Virus record (IMG/VR): IMGVR_UViG_2703718813_000007
Length of the DNA: 35,331 bases
Source: a virus
Taxonomy: Duplodnaviria; Heunggongvirae; Uroviricota; Caudoviricetes
Strand: one strand, 5' to 3'
Below, one piece after another: positions 9,890 through 18,715 of the stretch. Position numbers and translations under genes: made by a program. How positions within the stretch are numbered: the first letter of the stretch is position 1; each line of letters starts with the position of its first letter. Under the pieces are notes generated by a model. That model did not search any database. It was not told the DNA's origin and was given only the letters and a program-made list of their open reading frames with translations.

Positions 9890-11066
9890 TGACCACCTCC
9901 ACTGTCAGGGATTCGAGCCGTGGCACGGCCAGATCGCTGATGATGTCTTCCAGTGAAAACTGAACCGAAGCCACCACCGGGAAGGTCTGATGAATTTCCT
10001 TGCCCAGCGTGGAAAACGAAAAGCGCGAATAGGGCCAGACTTTTTTCACATTAAAGCGGGCATTCTCCCGAAAAGCGCAGCGTATCAGGTCGCTGATATC
10101 CTGTTTCAGCCCTTCCGCGCCGTCCGGTGGCAGGGTGGTTGAGCTTCTGATGTATACGGTGACGTCCAGACGGTGACGCGTCTCCGGCATGGCGAAACAC
10201 TGCAAATCATCCCCGTGTCCGTGGTGCCCCTCTTCGTTGATGTAGCGGTTGACTGCTTCAATAAAAGGGGCAGAGGCCTCGCCGCTGTCCAGTAACAGGT
10301 AGGCGTTGGCCGTTCCCGGTCCTCTCGGGGCGTCGTGCTGAAAGTAGATCCGGTCGATGCTCAGGCCCGCCACGCTGGCGATAAGTCCCCGGTAGACGGC
10401 GTCCGTGTGGTAACTGCTCACGAGGTTAAACTGGTTGCGTATTCTGTCGCGCAGTTCGTCGTCGCTTTCCTCATCGGCACCCGGTACGGTCAGCCAGTCT
10501 TCCCGGTTCACCACGGATGCAATGCCGGGAATGGCAACGGGAAGGATACGGAAGTACCCCGGCGCGAGGTTGTGCCCGCTGCCTTCGGTGGTGGCTTCCA
10601 CGGGAACGGATGCGCCGCTTTTACCGCTGCTGATAAGCGTTTCCTCCGTGACGGCCATGCTGTATATCACGCCGTTAATTCTGGCGGTCTGGACGATGGT
10701 CCCTTCGGGGATGAGAACATCATCATTTGCTCTGGTTTTGGCAAACCAGATCACGCCACGGGCCTTACTGGCCGGTTTTGGGGTGATGTTGACGTCGTGC
10801 GCATGAAGCAGAAGAAGTGACCGGTCAGCCGTGGCGACAAACATACCGGGCAGCACAACGTCAACCAGCGCATCACGCAGCCACTGAACGGGTCGTATGA
10901 CAATGGTCAGAATGAGCCGCCAGAAGGGACTCATGGGCGAGGTGTTGGTGATGAGTCCGGTTTTCTGTACATCCTCATGAAAGAGGGTGGCGATCTCTTC
11001 TTCTGTTTCCGGCATACCGCTTTCACGGAATACCTGATTAAAATCAACGTCCGGTTTCCCTTTCAT
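9882..11066 (-). CDS. Baseplate J-like protein (P2 gpJ / Mu gp47 family), 394 aa
   Basis: Size and position match baseplate wedge J. Family assignment is from gene order and general resemblance only. Confidence 0.7.
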   Translation of the reverse strand: MKGKPDVDFNQVFRESGMPETEEEIATLFHEDVQKTGLITNTSPMSPFWRLILTIVIRPVQWLRDALVDVVLPGMFVATADRSLLLLHAHDVNITPKPASKARGVIWFAKTRANDDVLIPEGTIVQTARINGVIYSMAVTEETLISSGKSGASVPVEATTEGSGHNLAPGYFRILPVAIPGIASVVNREDWLTVPGADEESDDELRDRIRNQFNLVSSYHTDAVYRGLIASVAGLSIDRIYFQHDAPRGPGTANAYLLLDSGEASAPFIEAVNRYINEEGHHGHGDDLQCFAMPETRHRLDVTVYIRSSTTLPPDGAEGLKQDISDLIRCAFRENARFNVKKVWPYSRFSFSTLGKEIHQTFPVVASVQFSLEDIISDLAVPRLESLTVEVVIE

Positions 11067-11394
11067 AGTTCACCCTGGTGTTTATGCGTCCAAAATCCTG
11101 TGTCTCTGCCGTCACATGCAGCCTGCCCGGTGCCTCTTCGTTAATGAACACCGTCCCCGGAACCAGCCGTTCATCATCCTCAACCAGGAGGATAAGCCGG
11201 GTAATGATGTCGCTGCGCAGCGTCGGGCTGCGTTCGCCGATAAGCAGGGCGGCGATCCCGCTTTCGATAATGCTGTGCACCACGTCCTGGCCGATGCTGA
11301 CCCGGTTATCACATCGCTGTGGCTCGTTTCCGCTGTTCAGCGTAAAACTGCCGTCAGTGATAAGCAGGTCGATGTAAAGCGATGGCGTGTTCAT
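11044..11394 (-). CDS. Small baseplate protein (P2 W / Mu gp46-like position), about 116 aa
   Basis: The ATG at 11394 overlaps the tape-measure stop codon (ATGA); the track start at 11415 would overlap by 25 nt. Function inferred from position between tape measure and baseplate J. Confidence 0.45.
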   Translation of the reverse strand: MNTPSLYIDLLITDGSFTLNSGNEPQRCDNRVSIGQDVVHSIIESGIAALLIGERSPTLRSDIITRLILLVEDDERLVPGTVFINEEAPGRLHVTAETQDFGRINTRVNYERETGR

Positions 11395-13577
11395 CCCGCG
11401 TAAAGCTCCGTCCATTCATCCAGTTGCCCCGGCGTCATCGGGTTCTGCGTGTTGATTGTCAGATTGCCGAACGTCCGGCTGTTGTCGATACGGGTTGAGG
11501 TGTCCGTGCGTATCTGGTTGCGTATGCCTCCGGGTGGCAGCTCTGCGCTGATGCGGTTGCCTGCCAGTGCCGGGACGGCGGTTTCTGCAATCTGCGGAGG
11601 TACGGTGCTGCCTGTTGCGCCCCGCGTCATGGTGTTCACCTGCTCCGTGGGCTTCATGTCGATACTGATACCGGGGATTTTGTTCAGCTTTTCCGCAAGC
11701 CAGTTCCACGTCCGGTTAAACGAGTTTTTAATGACGTTCCATAAGTCCCCGAAGACGTTACCGATGATCCCCGCCATTTTCCGGAAGGATTCGACCGGGG
11801 CGGTCGGGTCAAATGCAGCCACCACGTCCTGCCACCCTCTGATGACGATGGCGAAGATGTCGATCAGGGTTCTGATCACGCTGATAACCACCTCCAGCGC
11901 GGGGGATATCATGCTTACCGCTGCGGCCACCACGCGACCGCATGTTTCCCCGGCACGGGTGACGCTGTTCATCTGTCCCGTGGTCAGCTGTACCGGTGCA
12001 AACAGATCGGAGAAGGCACTGAACAGTGTTTTTATGCCCTGCCATACCGGGGCCAGCGCCCGGGCAATGTCACCGAACGCGGCAGTCACCGGGCTCATGG
12101 CGTCCAGTGCGCTGGTAAAACCATCAATAAAGCCGCGAATAAAGGCTTTGATGGGCTGCCAGAACTTAATGGCCACCACCACCAGAGCAGCGATGGCGGC
12201 GGCAACCAGGAGGACCGGGGCGCTCATGGTCAGAAACGACACGCCCGCCAGACGCGCGGCAAGACTGGTGGCAATGATGGCACTGCGTACTTTTGTGAGT
12301 GCAAGCGTGTACAGACTCCAGGCTGCCCTGGCGCCCTTTATGATGGCCTTATGGCCTTCCATGATGAAGCTGAACACACCCAGCACGATGTTCGTGACCG
12401 CACCGGCTGCGCCCAGCGCCAGCATGGTCAGCGTGATGTAACCCAGCCAGCGGGCGATGTTCGGGAACATGTTCAGCCAGCGCACGAACGTCGCGCCGAT
12501 ATCGGCAAAACGGCCAGCCAGTGGTGCGAGAATGGGGTAGAGGGCATTACCGATGGCGGCCCGGATGTTGTAGAAGGAGGCCACAAGGCGATCCCACGGG
12601 TCGGTCATGGCTTCAGCCATTTCCGTGGCACGCTTCATGCCGTCATTACGCCCCAGCGCTGATATGCTCCGGTTAAGCATTTCCTGCTGCCCCCAGAGTT
12701 TTTTAATCACGTCCGCGCCACTGCCGAAGGCGTCATCCAGCGCCTGTTGTGCCGCCACGTTACCCTCAATGTTCCTGCCGAACCTCGCCTGCAGACGGTC
12801 GAGGATGTCACCCATGGGTAAAATCCTCCCGGTGACATCGACAAAACTCATCCCCATTTTTTGTGCGGCAGCGGGGGCACTGCGCAGGAATTCCTCATAG
12901 ATGCCCGATGCCTCGGTGCCCATGGTCCGTGACAGGGTGCCCAGTATGGCAAACTGCTCTGCCATGCTGACGCCAAAATCCGCGCCCGCGTTTTTGGTGC
13001 CCTCAATAAGCTCCTGCATGGTGCTCATTTCCACACCGAACTGCTGAACCATCCACGCGGTTTTACCTGCCAGATCTTCAGCAAACCCCACGGCACCCAT
13101 GGCAGAAAACTCACTGCGGAAACGGGCACCCATGGCGGCAAGGTAGCCGCTCGCCTCTTCGCTGCTGACGCGGGCAGCCACGGCCAGGGTGCTGGTTGCT
13201 GCCGTCACACGGGGTAAATCCCCGTCGCTCAGTCCGTCCAGTGCGCCGCGAATATGCCATGCGGAACGGATGATCTCCGTGGAAGACTGACCGAATGCGG
13301 TCCCCAGTTTCATGGCCTGCGTGGTGAGGGCGGTCAGCGCCTGCGCCCCGACGCCTTTGGCCTCAAGCTCGCCCAGCGCCTTCTGCATCTCCCACGCCGG
13401 ATCCATCGCGGCGCGGATACCTTCGGCCACGCCCCACAGTCCGGCCACACCCACACCGATACGCGCGAACGCGCCCTGCGAGCGTTCGGCGAATCCCGTC
13501 ACGGATTCCTGAACCTGCCGCAGCGGGCGGGTAAGCTGGTCTGTCAGATTGATAATGAAATCCAGCTGGCTGGCCAT
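11391..13577 (-). CDS. Tail tape measure protein, 728 aa
   Basis: Long, Ala/Gly-rich, largely helical protein with hydrophobic central segments, directly downstream of the tail assembly chaperone. GGAAGG lies 5 nt before the ATG at 13577. Confidence 0.85.
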   Translation of the reverse strand: MASQLDFIINLTDQLTRPLRQVQESVTGFAERSQGAFARIGVGVAGLWGVAEGIRAAMDPAWEMQKALGELEAKGVGAQALTALTTQAMKLGTAFGQSSTEIIRSAWHIRGALDGLSDGDLPRVTAATSTLAVAARVSSEEASGYLAAMGARFRSEFSAMGAVGFAEDLAGKTAWMVQQFGVEMSTMQELIEGTKNAGADFGVSMAEQFAILGTLSRTMGTEASGIYEEFLRSAPAAAQKMGMSFVDVTGRILPMGDILDRLQARFGRNIEGNVAAQQALDDAFGSGADVIKKLWGQQEMLNRSISALGRNDGMKRATEMAEAMTDPWDRLVASFYNIRAAIGNALYPILAPLAGRFADIGATFVRWLNMFPNIARWLGYITLTMLALGAAGAVTNIVLGVFSFIMEGHKAIIKGARAAWSLYTLALTKVRSAIIATSLAARLAGVSFLTMSAPVLLVAAAIAALVVVAIKFWQPIKAFIRGFIDGFTSALDAMSPVTAAFGDIARALAPVWQGIKTLFSAFSDLFAPVQLTTGQMNSVTRAGETCGRVVAAAVSMISPALEVVISVIRTLIDIFAIVIRGWQDVVAAFDPTAPVESFRKMAGIIGNVFGDLWNVIKNSFNRTWNWLAEKLNKIPGISIDMKPTEQVNTMTRGATGSTVPPQIAETAVPALAGNRISAELPPGGIRNQIRTDTSTRIDNSRTFGNLTINTQNPMTPGQLDEWTELYAG

Positions 13578-13578
13578 G

Positions 13579-14042
13579 TCACCTTCCGTTAAATGCGATC
13601 GCTATACCTTCAGCGGTCTTGTTGGCGCGGGTACGGGCAAAATATTCATCCAGCCAGATGGCACGGGCGATGCTCTCTTCGTCGTCCGGCTCTCCGGGGA
13701 GGTAGTGACGCCGCAATGCCAGATACTGCTCAAGGGGATTGCGGCGGATGCTTTCGACCCGCGCGGTCAGTTTTTTAACTCAATCTCCAGTTTCGGGGAG
13801 TAAACCTCGTTAATCTTCTCGACGATCTGCATCTCACAGCCCGGATAACGCGCAATCAGGTCAGCCAGTGCGTCGCGGCTGGCAGGTGTCACGATGCGGT
13901 TAAGATAGGTGCTCATCGGCGCCACCTTGTTGGTCATCGTGATTTCGTTGATGAGGTTGTTAAATGCCGTTTTGTTCGGTTCAAAGCTCAGGGTTACGCC
14001 CGCAACGGACAGGATGATGGTGCCGGTGTTCTTCGTGGTCAT
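13579..14042 (-). CDS. Predicted -1 frameshift fusion product of the tail assembly chaperone (P2 E+E' analogue)
   Basis: After a -1 slip at the heptamer (plus-strand coordinates 13770-13776), 63 codons remain open (KKLTARVESIRRNPLEQYLALRRHYLPGEPDDEESIARAIWLDEYFARTRANKTAEGIAIAFNGR) and stop at 13579-13581, 1 nt before the tape-measure ATG. The track shows no ATG-initiated ORF in this 190-nt gap. Confidence 0.5.
13767..14042 (-). CDS. Tail assembly chaperone (P2 gpE-like), 91 aa
   Basis: Small ORF immediately upstream of the tape measure. It ends ...CTG GAG ATT GAG TTA AAA AAC TGA, with the heptamer A_AAA_AAC directly before the stop. Confidence 0.6.
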   Translation of the reverse strand: MTTKNTGTIILSVAGVTLSFEPNKTAFNNLINEITMTNKVAPMSTYLNRIVTPASRDALADLIARYPGCEMQIVEKINEVYSPKLEIELKN

Positions 14043-14332
14043 TGCAGTTTCTCCGTGTTTCGTATGGTTTCCACCAGGCTGTTATGCCTGGCGGCGCATT
14101 CGGTGTAGCGGCTCGTGAGGGTTCGCAGTGCCGCATCAAAATCAGCGCCCGTCGGGCCTGCCAGTCTCGGCAGTGTCTTCGGGCATTCCGTCAGCTGGTT
14201 TTCCTGCCAGGGTACGCTCAGCGGCTTCAGCACGGGCGTTGAACAGCCGGACGTAATCATCAGTAGCGCACACATTGCGGAATACCGGGCGGACGGTTTC
14301 CGTGTGAATAACGCGTTCAGTGTGAATTTCAT
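14039..14332 (-). CDS. o-spanin (Rz1-like outer-membrane lipoprotein); start at 14332 or 14275
   Basis: Small Pro-rich ORF in an alternate frame overlapping the 3' half of the i-spanin gene. It has a lipobox-like ITSGC after a hydrophobic stretch, and its stop overlaps the chaperone ATG. Confidence 0.5.
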   Translation of the reverse strand: MKFTLNALFTRKPSARYSAMCALLMITSGCSTPVLKPLSVPWQENQLTECPKTLPRLAGPTGADFDAALRTLTSRYTECAARHNSLVETIRNTEKLQ

Positions 14333-14528
14333 TGCCCTTTAACGCCTCCAGCCGTTTTTCCAGTATGCGGGCGGACTGCTGCCCGGCTTCTGTCACCGCC
14401 CGTCGCGTGGCTTCCATGGCTTCCTGTTCGGCAAGCGCCACCCTGGCGTCATGCCAGTCATGGGCCAGCCAGCCCGCCCACATGGCGGCAAAGAGGATCA
14501 CCAGGCAGCCCGCCAGCTGTTTCATCAT
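14142..14528 (-). CDS. i-spanin (Rz-like), 128 aa
   Basis: N-terminal transmembrane helix (LAGCLVILFAAMWAGWLA) followed by a charged helical periplasmic domain. Directly downstream of the endolysin with an ATGA overlap. Confidence 0.6.
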   Translation of the reverse strand: MMKQLAGCLVILFAAMWAGWLAHDWHDARVALAEQEAMEATRRAVTEAGQQSARILEKRLEALKGNEIHTERVIHTETVRPVFRNVCATDDYVRLFNARAEAAERTLAGKPADGMPEDTAETGRPDGR

Positions 14529-14863
14529 TTCACCCCGTTGTGCTCAAGGCTGAAATGATTGCCGTCTGCCCGGCTGAAGCGTCCGCCCCATGTGCCGCCG
14601 ATGGATTCCCAGTATTCCCCCAGCGGCCTGTAGGCGTCGGTGTCGGCCTGGTATTTGCCGTTAATGAACAGGTTGAAGTCCACCGCGAGGCGCAGCGTGT
14701 GAAGGCTGTTGCGAATGCCTTTTCCGCTTTTCGCATTCAGTGCGGCCTGCTCCGGCGTGCGGTATGCCTCGCCGAAGGTCAGGCGATAGCCGTGCTCCTG
14801 TGCCCAGTGGATGAGATCGGCAATCATGACGGCAAACAGTTGTTGTTTTTCGCTCAGTTTCAT
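14525..14863 (-). CDS. Endolysin, peptidase M15 family (L-alanyl-D-glutamate peptidase type), 112 aa
   Basis: Metal-binding motifs of M15-type phage endolysins as recalled: H in SLHTLRLAVDF, D in AVD, and H in DGNHFS. GAGGAG precedes the ATG, which overlaps the methyltransferase stop. Confidence 0.75.
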   Translation of the reverse strand: MKLSEKQQLFAVMIADLIHWAQEHGYRLTFGEAYRTPEQAALNAKSGKGIRNSLHTLRLAVDFNLFINGKYQADTDAYRPLGEYWESIGGTWGGRFSRADGNHFSLEHNGVK

Positions 14864-15615
14864 CAGTCACTCCTCTGTTCCGTCCCCGTAAGGCGCGCCT
14901 GTGCCACGCTGAAATAGTGGGCGTTCAGTTCAATACCCGTAAAACGGCAGCCCCGGCGAAGGGCGGCCACGCCCGTGGTGCCGGACCCCATAAACGGATC
15001 GAGGATCAGCCCTCCGGGTTCACACACGCGCACAAGCTCATCCATCAACGATTCCGGTTTACCTGTCGGGTGCTGTTTCTCCTGTGGGCGTGTGTGGTGC
15101 GTGATGCAGCCGTCGAACGGCCCGGAAGGGGATTTGCCCAGCGCGCCTTTACTGCCCCAGACCACATATTCGCACTGGTGACGAAAATAACCGGTATGCG
15201 GTGTTCTTGAGGCCCGTCCCTTGTTCCATGCCACGATCCCCCGCCAGGTAAAACCGGCGGCCTGGAATGCGTCCGTCAGCGCGGGCAACTGCCGCCAGTC
15301 GGTGAAGACCAGGGCGTAACCACCGGGTCGTACCGTGCGCCATGCCTGTGTCATCCACAGATGCGTCCAGTATTCCCATGAACGGGCGTCCATGTTCTCG
15401 CCTTCGAAGCCTTCAAAGCGGTGAAGATCTTCATCGTTGATGTATTTGGCGTGGCTGCCCTGGCATGTCCGCCCCGCCTTGTGTGTGGCACCTGAACTGT
15501 ATGGCGGGTCTGTGATGAGCGCGTCCACACTGTTTTCCGGCAGCATTCGCAGAACGTCATGCGCCTGCGCGTGATACAGGCTCAGGAAAGGCGAAATGTA
15601 AGGCTTATGGGTCAT
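14863..15615 (-). CDS. DNA methyltransferase (N6-adenine or N4-cytosine, beta-class), 250 aa
   Basis: Motif IV DPPY near the N-terminus (ALITDPPYSS) and the AdoMet motif I near the C-terminus (LILDPFMGSGTTGVAA), with HPTGKPESL between them. This circularly permuted order is typical of beta-class amino-methyltransferases. No adjacent restriction gene. Confidence 0.85.
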   Translation of the reverse strand: MTHKPYISPFLSLYHAQAHDVLRMLPENSVDALITDPPYSSGATHKAGRTCQGSHAKYINDEDLHRFEGFEGENMDARSWEYWTHLWMTQAWRTVRPGGYALVFTDWRQLPALTDAFQAAGFTWRGIVAWNKGRASRTPHTGYFRHQCEYVVWGSKGALGKSPSGPFDGCITHHTRPQEKQHPTGKPESLMDELVRVCEPGGLILDPFMGSGTTGVAALRRGCRFTGIELNAHYFSVAQARLTGTEQRSD

Positions 15616-15910
15616 TTCTGCGTTCCTTCTGCTTCAGGTAGCGGTCTGCCAGACGGCAAAAGCATTCTTCAATAAAGGCGCTGCCCATAATGCCCAGCGC
15701 GCACGCCAGACCGACCACAACCAGTTCCGGCATGTCCGGAAATTTAAACAGCGGAATGGCGGCAACCGGTGCCACGGCAGAGCCCATAATCATTCGCCCG
15801 ATAAGCAGACGGGCTGTGATGCGATCGCGGCTCACCATGAGACGCCCCAGCCCGATGGCAGCACCGATGATAATCAGTTTTGCCAGGAGTGAAGTCTGAC
15901 CGTCCGGCAT
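15605..15910 (-). CDS. Holin (class I, three transmembrane helices; P2 gpY-like), 101 aa
   Basis: Three hydrophobic segments and a charged C-terminus (RLADRYLKQKERRNDP). The segment ITARLLIGRMIMG resembles the P2 Y holin family. AAGGGG precedes the ATG at 15910. Confidence 0.65.
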   Translation of the reverse strand: MPDGQTSLLAKLIIIGAAIGLGRLMVSRDRITARLLIGRMIMGSAVAPVAAIPLFKFPDMPELVVVGLACALGIMGSAFIEECFCRLADRYLKQKERRNDP

Positions 15911-15914
15911 GGCA

Positions 15915-16376
15915 TCACCCCTTCAGATCGCGGGTGTCACGGGCTGACAGGTAGGGCACGCCGTCAATGCTGATAAAGTCCGGGCTTGTGACCATGAACT
16001 TGATTTTTTTCGTGGTCTTTCCGGCTTCAGCTGCGCTGATGTTCACCACGTCCGACAACATGGGGACGCAGCCGAACACCTCGATTTTTTCCTCCTCGCT
16101 GCCGTTGTTGGCATAAAAGAGAAAATCCTTTTCAGGAATGGCACGCCACGACCCCGCAGAGCGGGCCACAGCACCAAACTTTTTAAAGTTCTGCGCGTCG
16201 ACTTCCACCTCCACATCGGCAGAAACAGAACCACGGGTGTAGCCGTTCGGCACGCCGCGCGTCTGTGCCACGGCGCTGTTGTCGGTGATGGTGACGGTGG
16301 CGCTTTCCACGTGGATCATGATCCCGTCGTAGTTGATATCAAACGCGCCGCCGCTGATACGTTCATTTCCGGCCAT
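15915..16376 (-). CDS. Tail tube protein (putative), about 153 aa
   Basis: The ATG at 16376 lies 1 nt after the sheath stop codon (TGAcATG), preceded by GGAG. Size and position after the sheath gene are the main evidence. Confidence 0.5.
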   Translation of the reverse strand: MAGNERISGGAFDINYDGIMIHVESATVTITDNSAVAQTRGVPNGYTRGSVSADVEVEVDAQNFKKFGAVARSAGSWRAIPEKDFLFYANNGSEEEKIEVFGCVPMLSDVVNISAAEAGKTTKKIKFMVTSPDFISIDGVPYLSARDTRDLKG

Positions 16377-16377
16377 G

Positions 16378-17523
16378 TCAGATCTCCAGTGCTGTGTCGA
16401 GTTCAATACTTACGCCAATGGCTTTTGCGCTCTCGTAGGGGCGTACCACAATGTAAATCTGCACGTGTGTACTGCTGGTCCAGACGATGGTGATATCCCC
16501 GTCCTGTGGCGGTTTAACCTCGCCGGGGAACGGTACGCCGTTAATCTCCGTGGCGAGCGCCATTTCACGCAGCGTGCGGCTGAAATATGTCTGGCTGGCG
16601 GCAATGCTGCCCGGTGTGCTGTTGAGTGCGCGATCCGCAAGGCGGGCAATGGCGCGCAGACGTACACGGCGGGAGACTTTATCCACCACGCGCACGTTTT
16701 CGATGACCTGGTAATCTCCCCCCTCCACATCAAGGGTGCGTCCGTCTGACCAGTAGAGCCCGTCGAAATCGTGATACCACATGGGCACGCTGAAGCGTTT
16801 GCCTTCCAGCGAGCGCAGCGTGGCCAGCTCAAGGGGCTGTTTCTTGCCGTCCTGCGGGATCTCATCGTTACCCATCGCCACCAGGGCACCGGTTGCCACA
16901 CGTGCCGGACTGTCCGCAACGGTGACGGAAGGATTACAGAGACGGCCCGCCAGTACGCCGGGCTCATTACCCCATAAGCGGGGAACCACCATCACGCCAG
17001 GTGCTGCCACGCCGTCCTGTATGGCACTGATGCGGGTGACGTATGCCGCCCATGCCTCATCCTTGCCCGGTCCGGCCACGCACAGCATGAACCAGACAAA
17101 ACGGCCATAAGCGGACTGAAGCAGGGCGCGGGTTTCGGTGGCGCGGTTAACGGCATCTTTGGCCGTGATGTCAATGGCAATCACCACGCCCTCGGCAGAA
17201 GCAATGGTCTGCGCTTTTTTCACCGCGTCCACCCATGCGGCGTTAGCGTCGCCGCCCTCCGGTGCCGGGGGTTTGGGTTCAGACAGAACGTGAACATAGG
17301 CAAACCAGTTCTGGCCACCGTTGGCGATTGCGGCGGTAAGCGTGGATTTAAGCAGGCTTTCATCCGGTCCCAGCACGTCGTCCAGGTCGGTCTCAGGGGA
17401 GACGGAAAGGGTGTTACCTGTGTTCTTTTTGCCATAGCCCACAAAAAGCAGCGTGCGCTCCACTTCACGGGTGGCACCGTTGAAACGGTTCTGATGGCTT
17501 ACGGTTACATTCGGCCAGCTCAC
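16378..17523 (-). CDS. Tail sheath protein (putative), 381 aa; GTG start
   Basis: Largest gene between the tail-completion genes and the tube-sized gene; GTG start at 17523 with AAGGAG 7 nt upstream. Assignment is by position and size, with weak resemblance to P2 FI. Confidence 0.5.
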   Translation of the reverse strand: MSWPNVTVSHQNRFNGATREVERTLLFVGYGKKNTGNTLSVSPETDLDDVLGPDESLLKSTLTAAIANGGQNWFAYVHVLSEPKPPAPEGGDANAAWVDAVKKAQTIASAEGVVIAIDITAKDAVNRATETRALLQSAYGRFVWFMLCVAGPGKDEAWAAYVTRISAIQDGVAAPGVMVVPRLWGNEPGVLAGRLCNPSVTVADSPARVATGALVAMGNDEIPQDGKKQPLELATLRSLEGKRFSVPMWYHDFDGLYWSDGRTLDVEGGDYQVIENVRVVDKVSRRVRLRAIARLADRALNSTPGSIAASQTYFSRTLREMALATEINGVPFPGEVKPPQDGDITIVWTSSTHVQIYIVVRPYESAKAIGVSIELDTALEI

Positions 17524-17534
17524 GGTGTGACTCC

Positions 17535-18245
17535 TTATCTGATATCCTGTGCGTCAACGTCCAGGCCGTAGCCCATTGCGTTCATCTGGCGTGCCAGGAT
17601 GTGTGAAAATTCTTCGTTTGTTACCCCCAGAAAGACGCGCGACGGAAGGGTAATGGTCCATGTCCGGGCCTTCTGCTGACGTGGTCCGGCGATAATCTGA
17701 TCTTCCATAACGGTGATCAGCAACCCGGCCTGCGCCCGCGAAAGCGTTAACAGGTATTTCATGGATGCTTTCCGCCAGCGCCCCTTCTGACGTACCTTAA
17801 AGCCCAGCTCCCGCAGTCGTTTTGCCTGTCGGCGGGTGGCGGTCTGTCCGCTCTGGTCCTGACCGCTGAAGCTGTCAGCACTGACCCGGATTTCTGCGCC
17901 GTTGTGGTGAACCCAGCCCACGGCACCGGCACTGATGCGGCTCCTGCCACTGGTGTGATTGCCGTTACGGAAATAAACCTTTACGGCATCCTGTCCGGGC
18001 ATCTCACGGACCGCCAGAAGACGCGGCAGCTTTCTGAACATTTTCCCCTTACCGCGTTTCCTGGGTGCCCATGCTGTACCGTCCGGTGCGGCCTGATCGC
18101 GCTGATGGCGTCTGGCAGCGGCGATAATGCCGTGCCGGGCAATACGCCATAACAGGCGACGGCGTTTTTTTGGTGGCAGATCCAGCGACTGAAGCATCGC
18201 CTGCGCTTCTGCCAGCTGCTGCGGGTTCAGCTGGCCGCTTATCAT
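17535..18245 (-). CDS. Virion morphogenesis / tail completion protein (P2 gpS-like, Mu G-like), 236 aa
   Basis: The N-terminal region (LPPKKRRRLLWRIARHGIIAAARRHQRDQAAPDGTAWAPRKRGKGKMFRK) resembles the Phage_tail_S family. It carries a C-terminal extension relative to P2 S. Confidence 0.6.
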   Translation of the reverse strand: MISGQLNPQQLAEAQAMLQSLDLPPKKRRRLLWRIARHGIIAAARRHQRDQAAPDGTAWAPRKRGKGKMFRKLPRLLAVREMPGQDAVKVYFRNGNHTSGRSRISAGAVGWVHHNGAEIRVSADSFSGQDQSGQTATRRQAKRLRELGFKVRQKGRWRKASMKYLLTLSRAQAGLLITVMEDQIIAGPRQQKARTWTITLPSRVFLGVTNEEFSHILARQMNAMGYGLDVDAQDIR

Positions 18246-18715
18246 TCGCGGCTCCTGCTGACAAACAGATCCATGGTTTCCGCCGTCCAGATTTCAGGGT
18301 TAACCAGTGTCCAGCGTTTCCCCCTGTACGGAACGGGGCCGTCTTCCTGCACCCGGATGATCAGCGGGTCAGCCAGTCCCACCGTGATATCGAGAAGGCA
18401 CGAGTCCTCATCGTTAAACTGCGGGTCGACGTTCACATCCTCCGGGCGGAATTCCTCCCTCAGCGGATCCGCGTGCTCTTCCAGCCAGGCCATGACCAGC
18501 GCGTAAACCAGCCCCGGTGAGTATTTGCGGAACGGGAAGTTATCCCATGCAATCACGCCGGTGTACGTCATCACGCCCATGCGGATCTGGTCGTTACCCA
18601 GCGCCTTCTGACTGCGGATAAGCTGCGCGTCTTCCTGACTGCTCATGAAGAACTGCATGGCGTCAGGCGGCAGATTTTCGGTAATGAAGGCGGTCAGGCT
18701 TTCCAGCTGGTTCAT
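18242..18715 (-). CDS. Tail completion protein (P2 gpR-like), 157 aa
   Basis: Position directly after the head completion gene and before the S-like gene; the segment LVYALVMAWLEEHADPL resembles P2 R. ATGA overlaps on both sides. Confidence 0.55.
   Translation of the reverse strand: MNQLESLTAFITENLPPDAMQFFMSSQEDAQLIRSQKALGNDQIRMGVMTYTGVIAWDNFPFRKYSPGLVYALVMAWLEEHADPLREEFRPEDVNVDPQFNDEDSCLLDITVGLADPLIIRVQEDGPVPYRGKRWTLVNPEIWTAETMDLFVSRSRE

Noticed and set aside
11449-12441. 330 aa plus-strand ORF antisense to the tape-measure gene
   Set aside because: It lies entirely inside a well-supported minus-strand gene in a GC-rich region, its composition is Ser/Ala/Arg-biased, and it has no SD or operon context. 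Typical spurious antisense frame.
16410-16967. 185 aa minus-strand ORF in an alternate frame of the sheath gene
   Set aside because: Same-strand overlap with the better-supported sheath frame; the Arg/Pro/Ala-rich translation is typical of an off-frame read.
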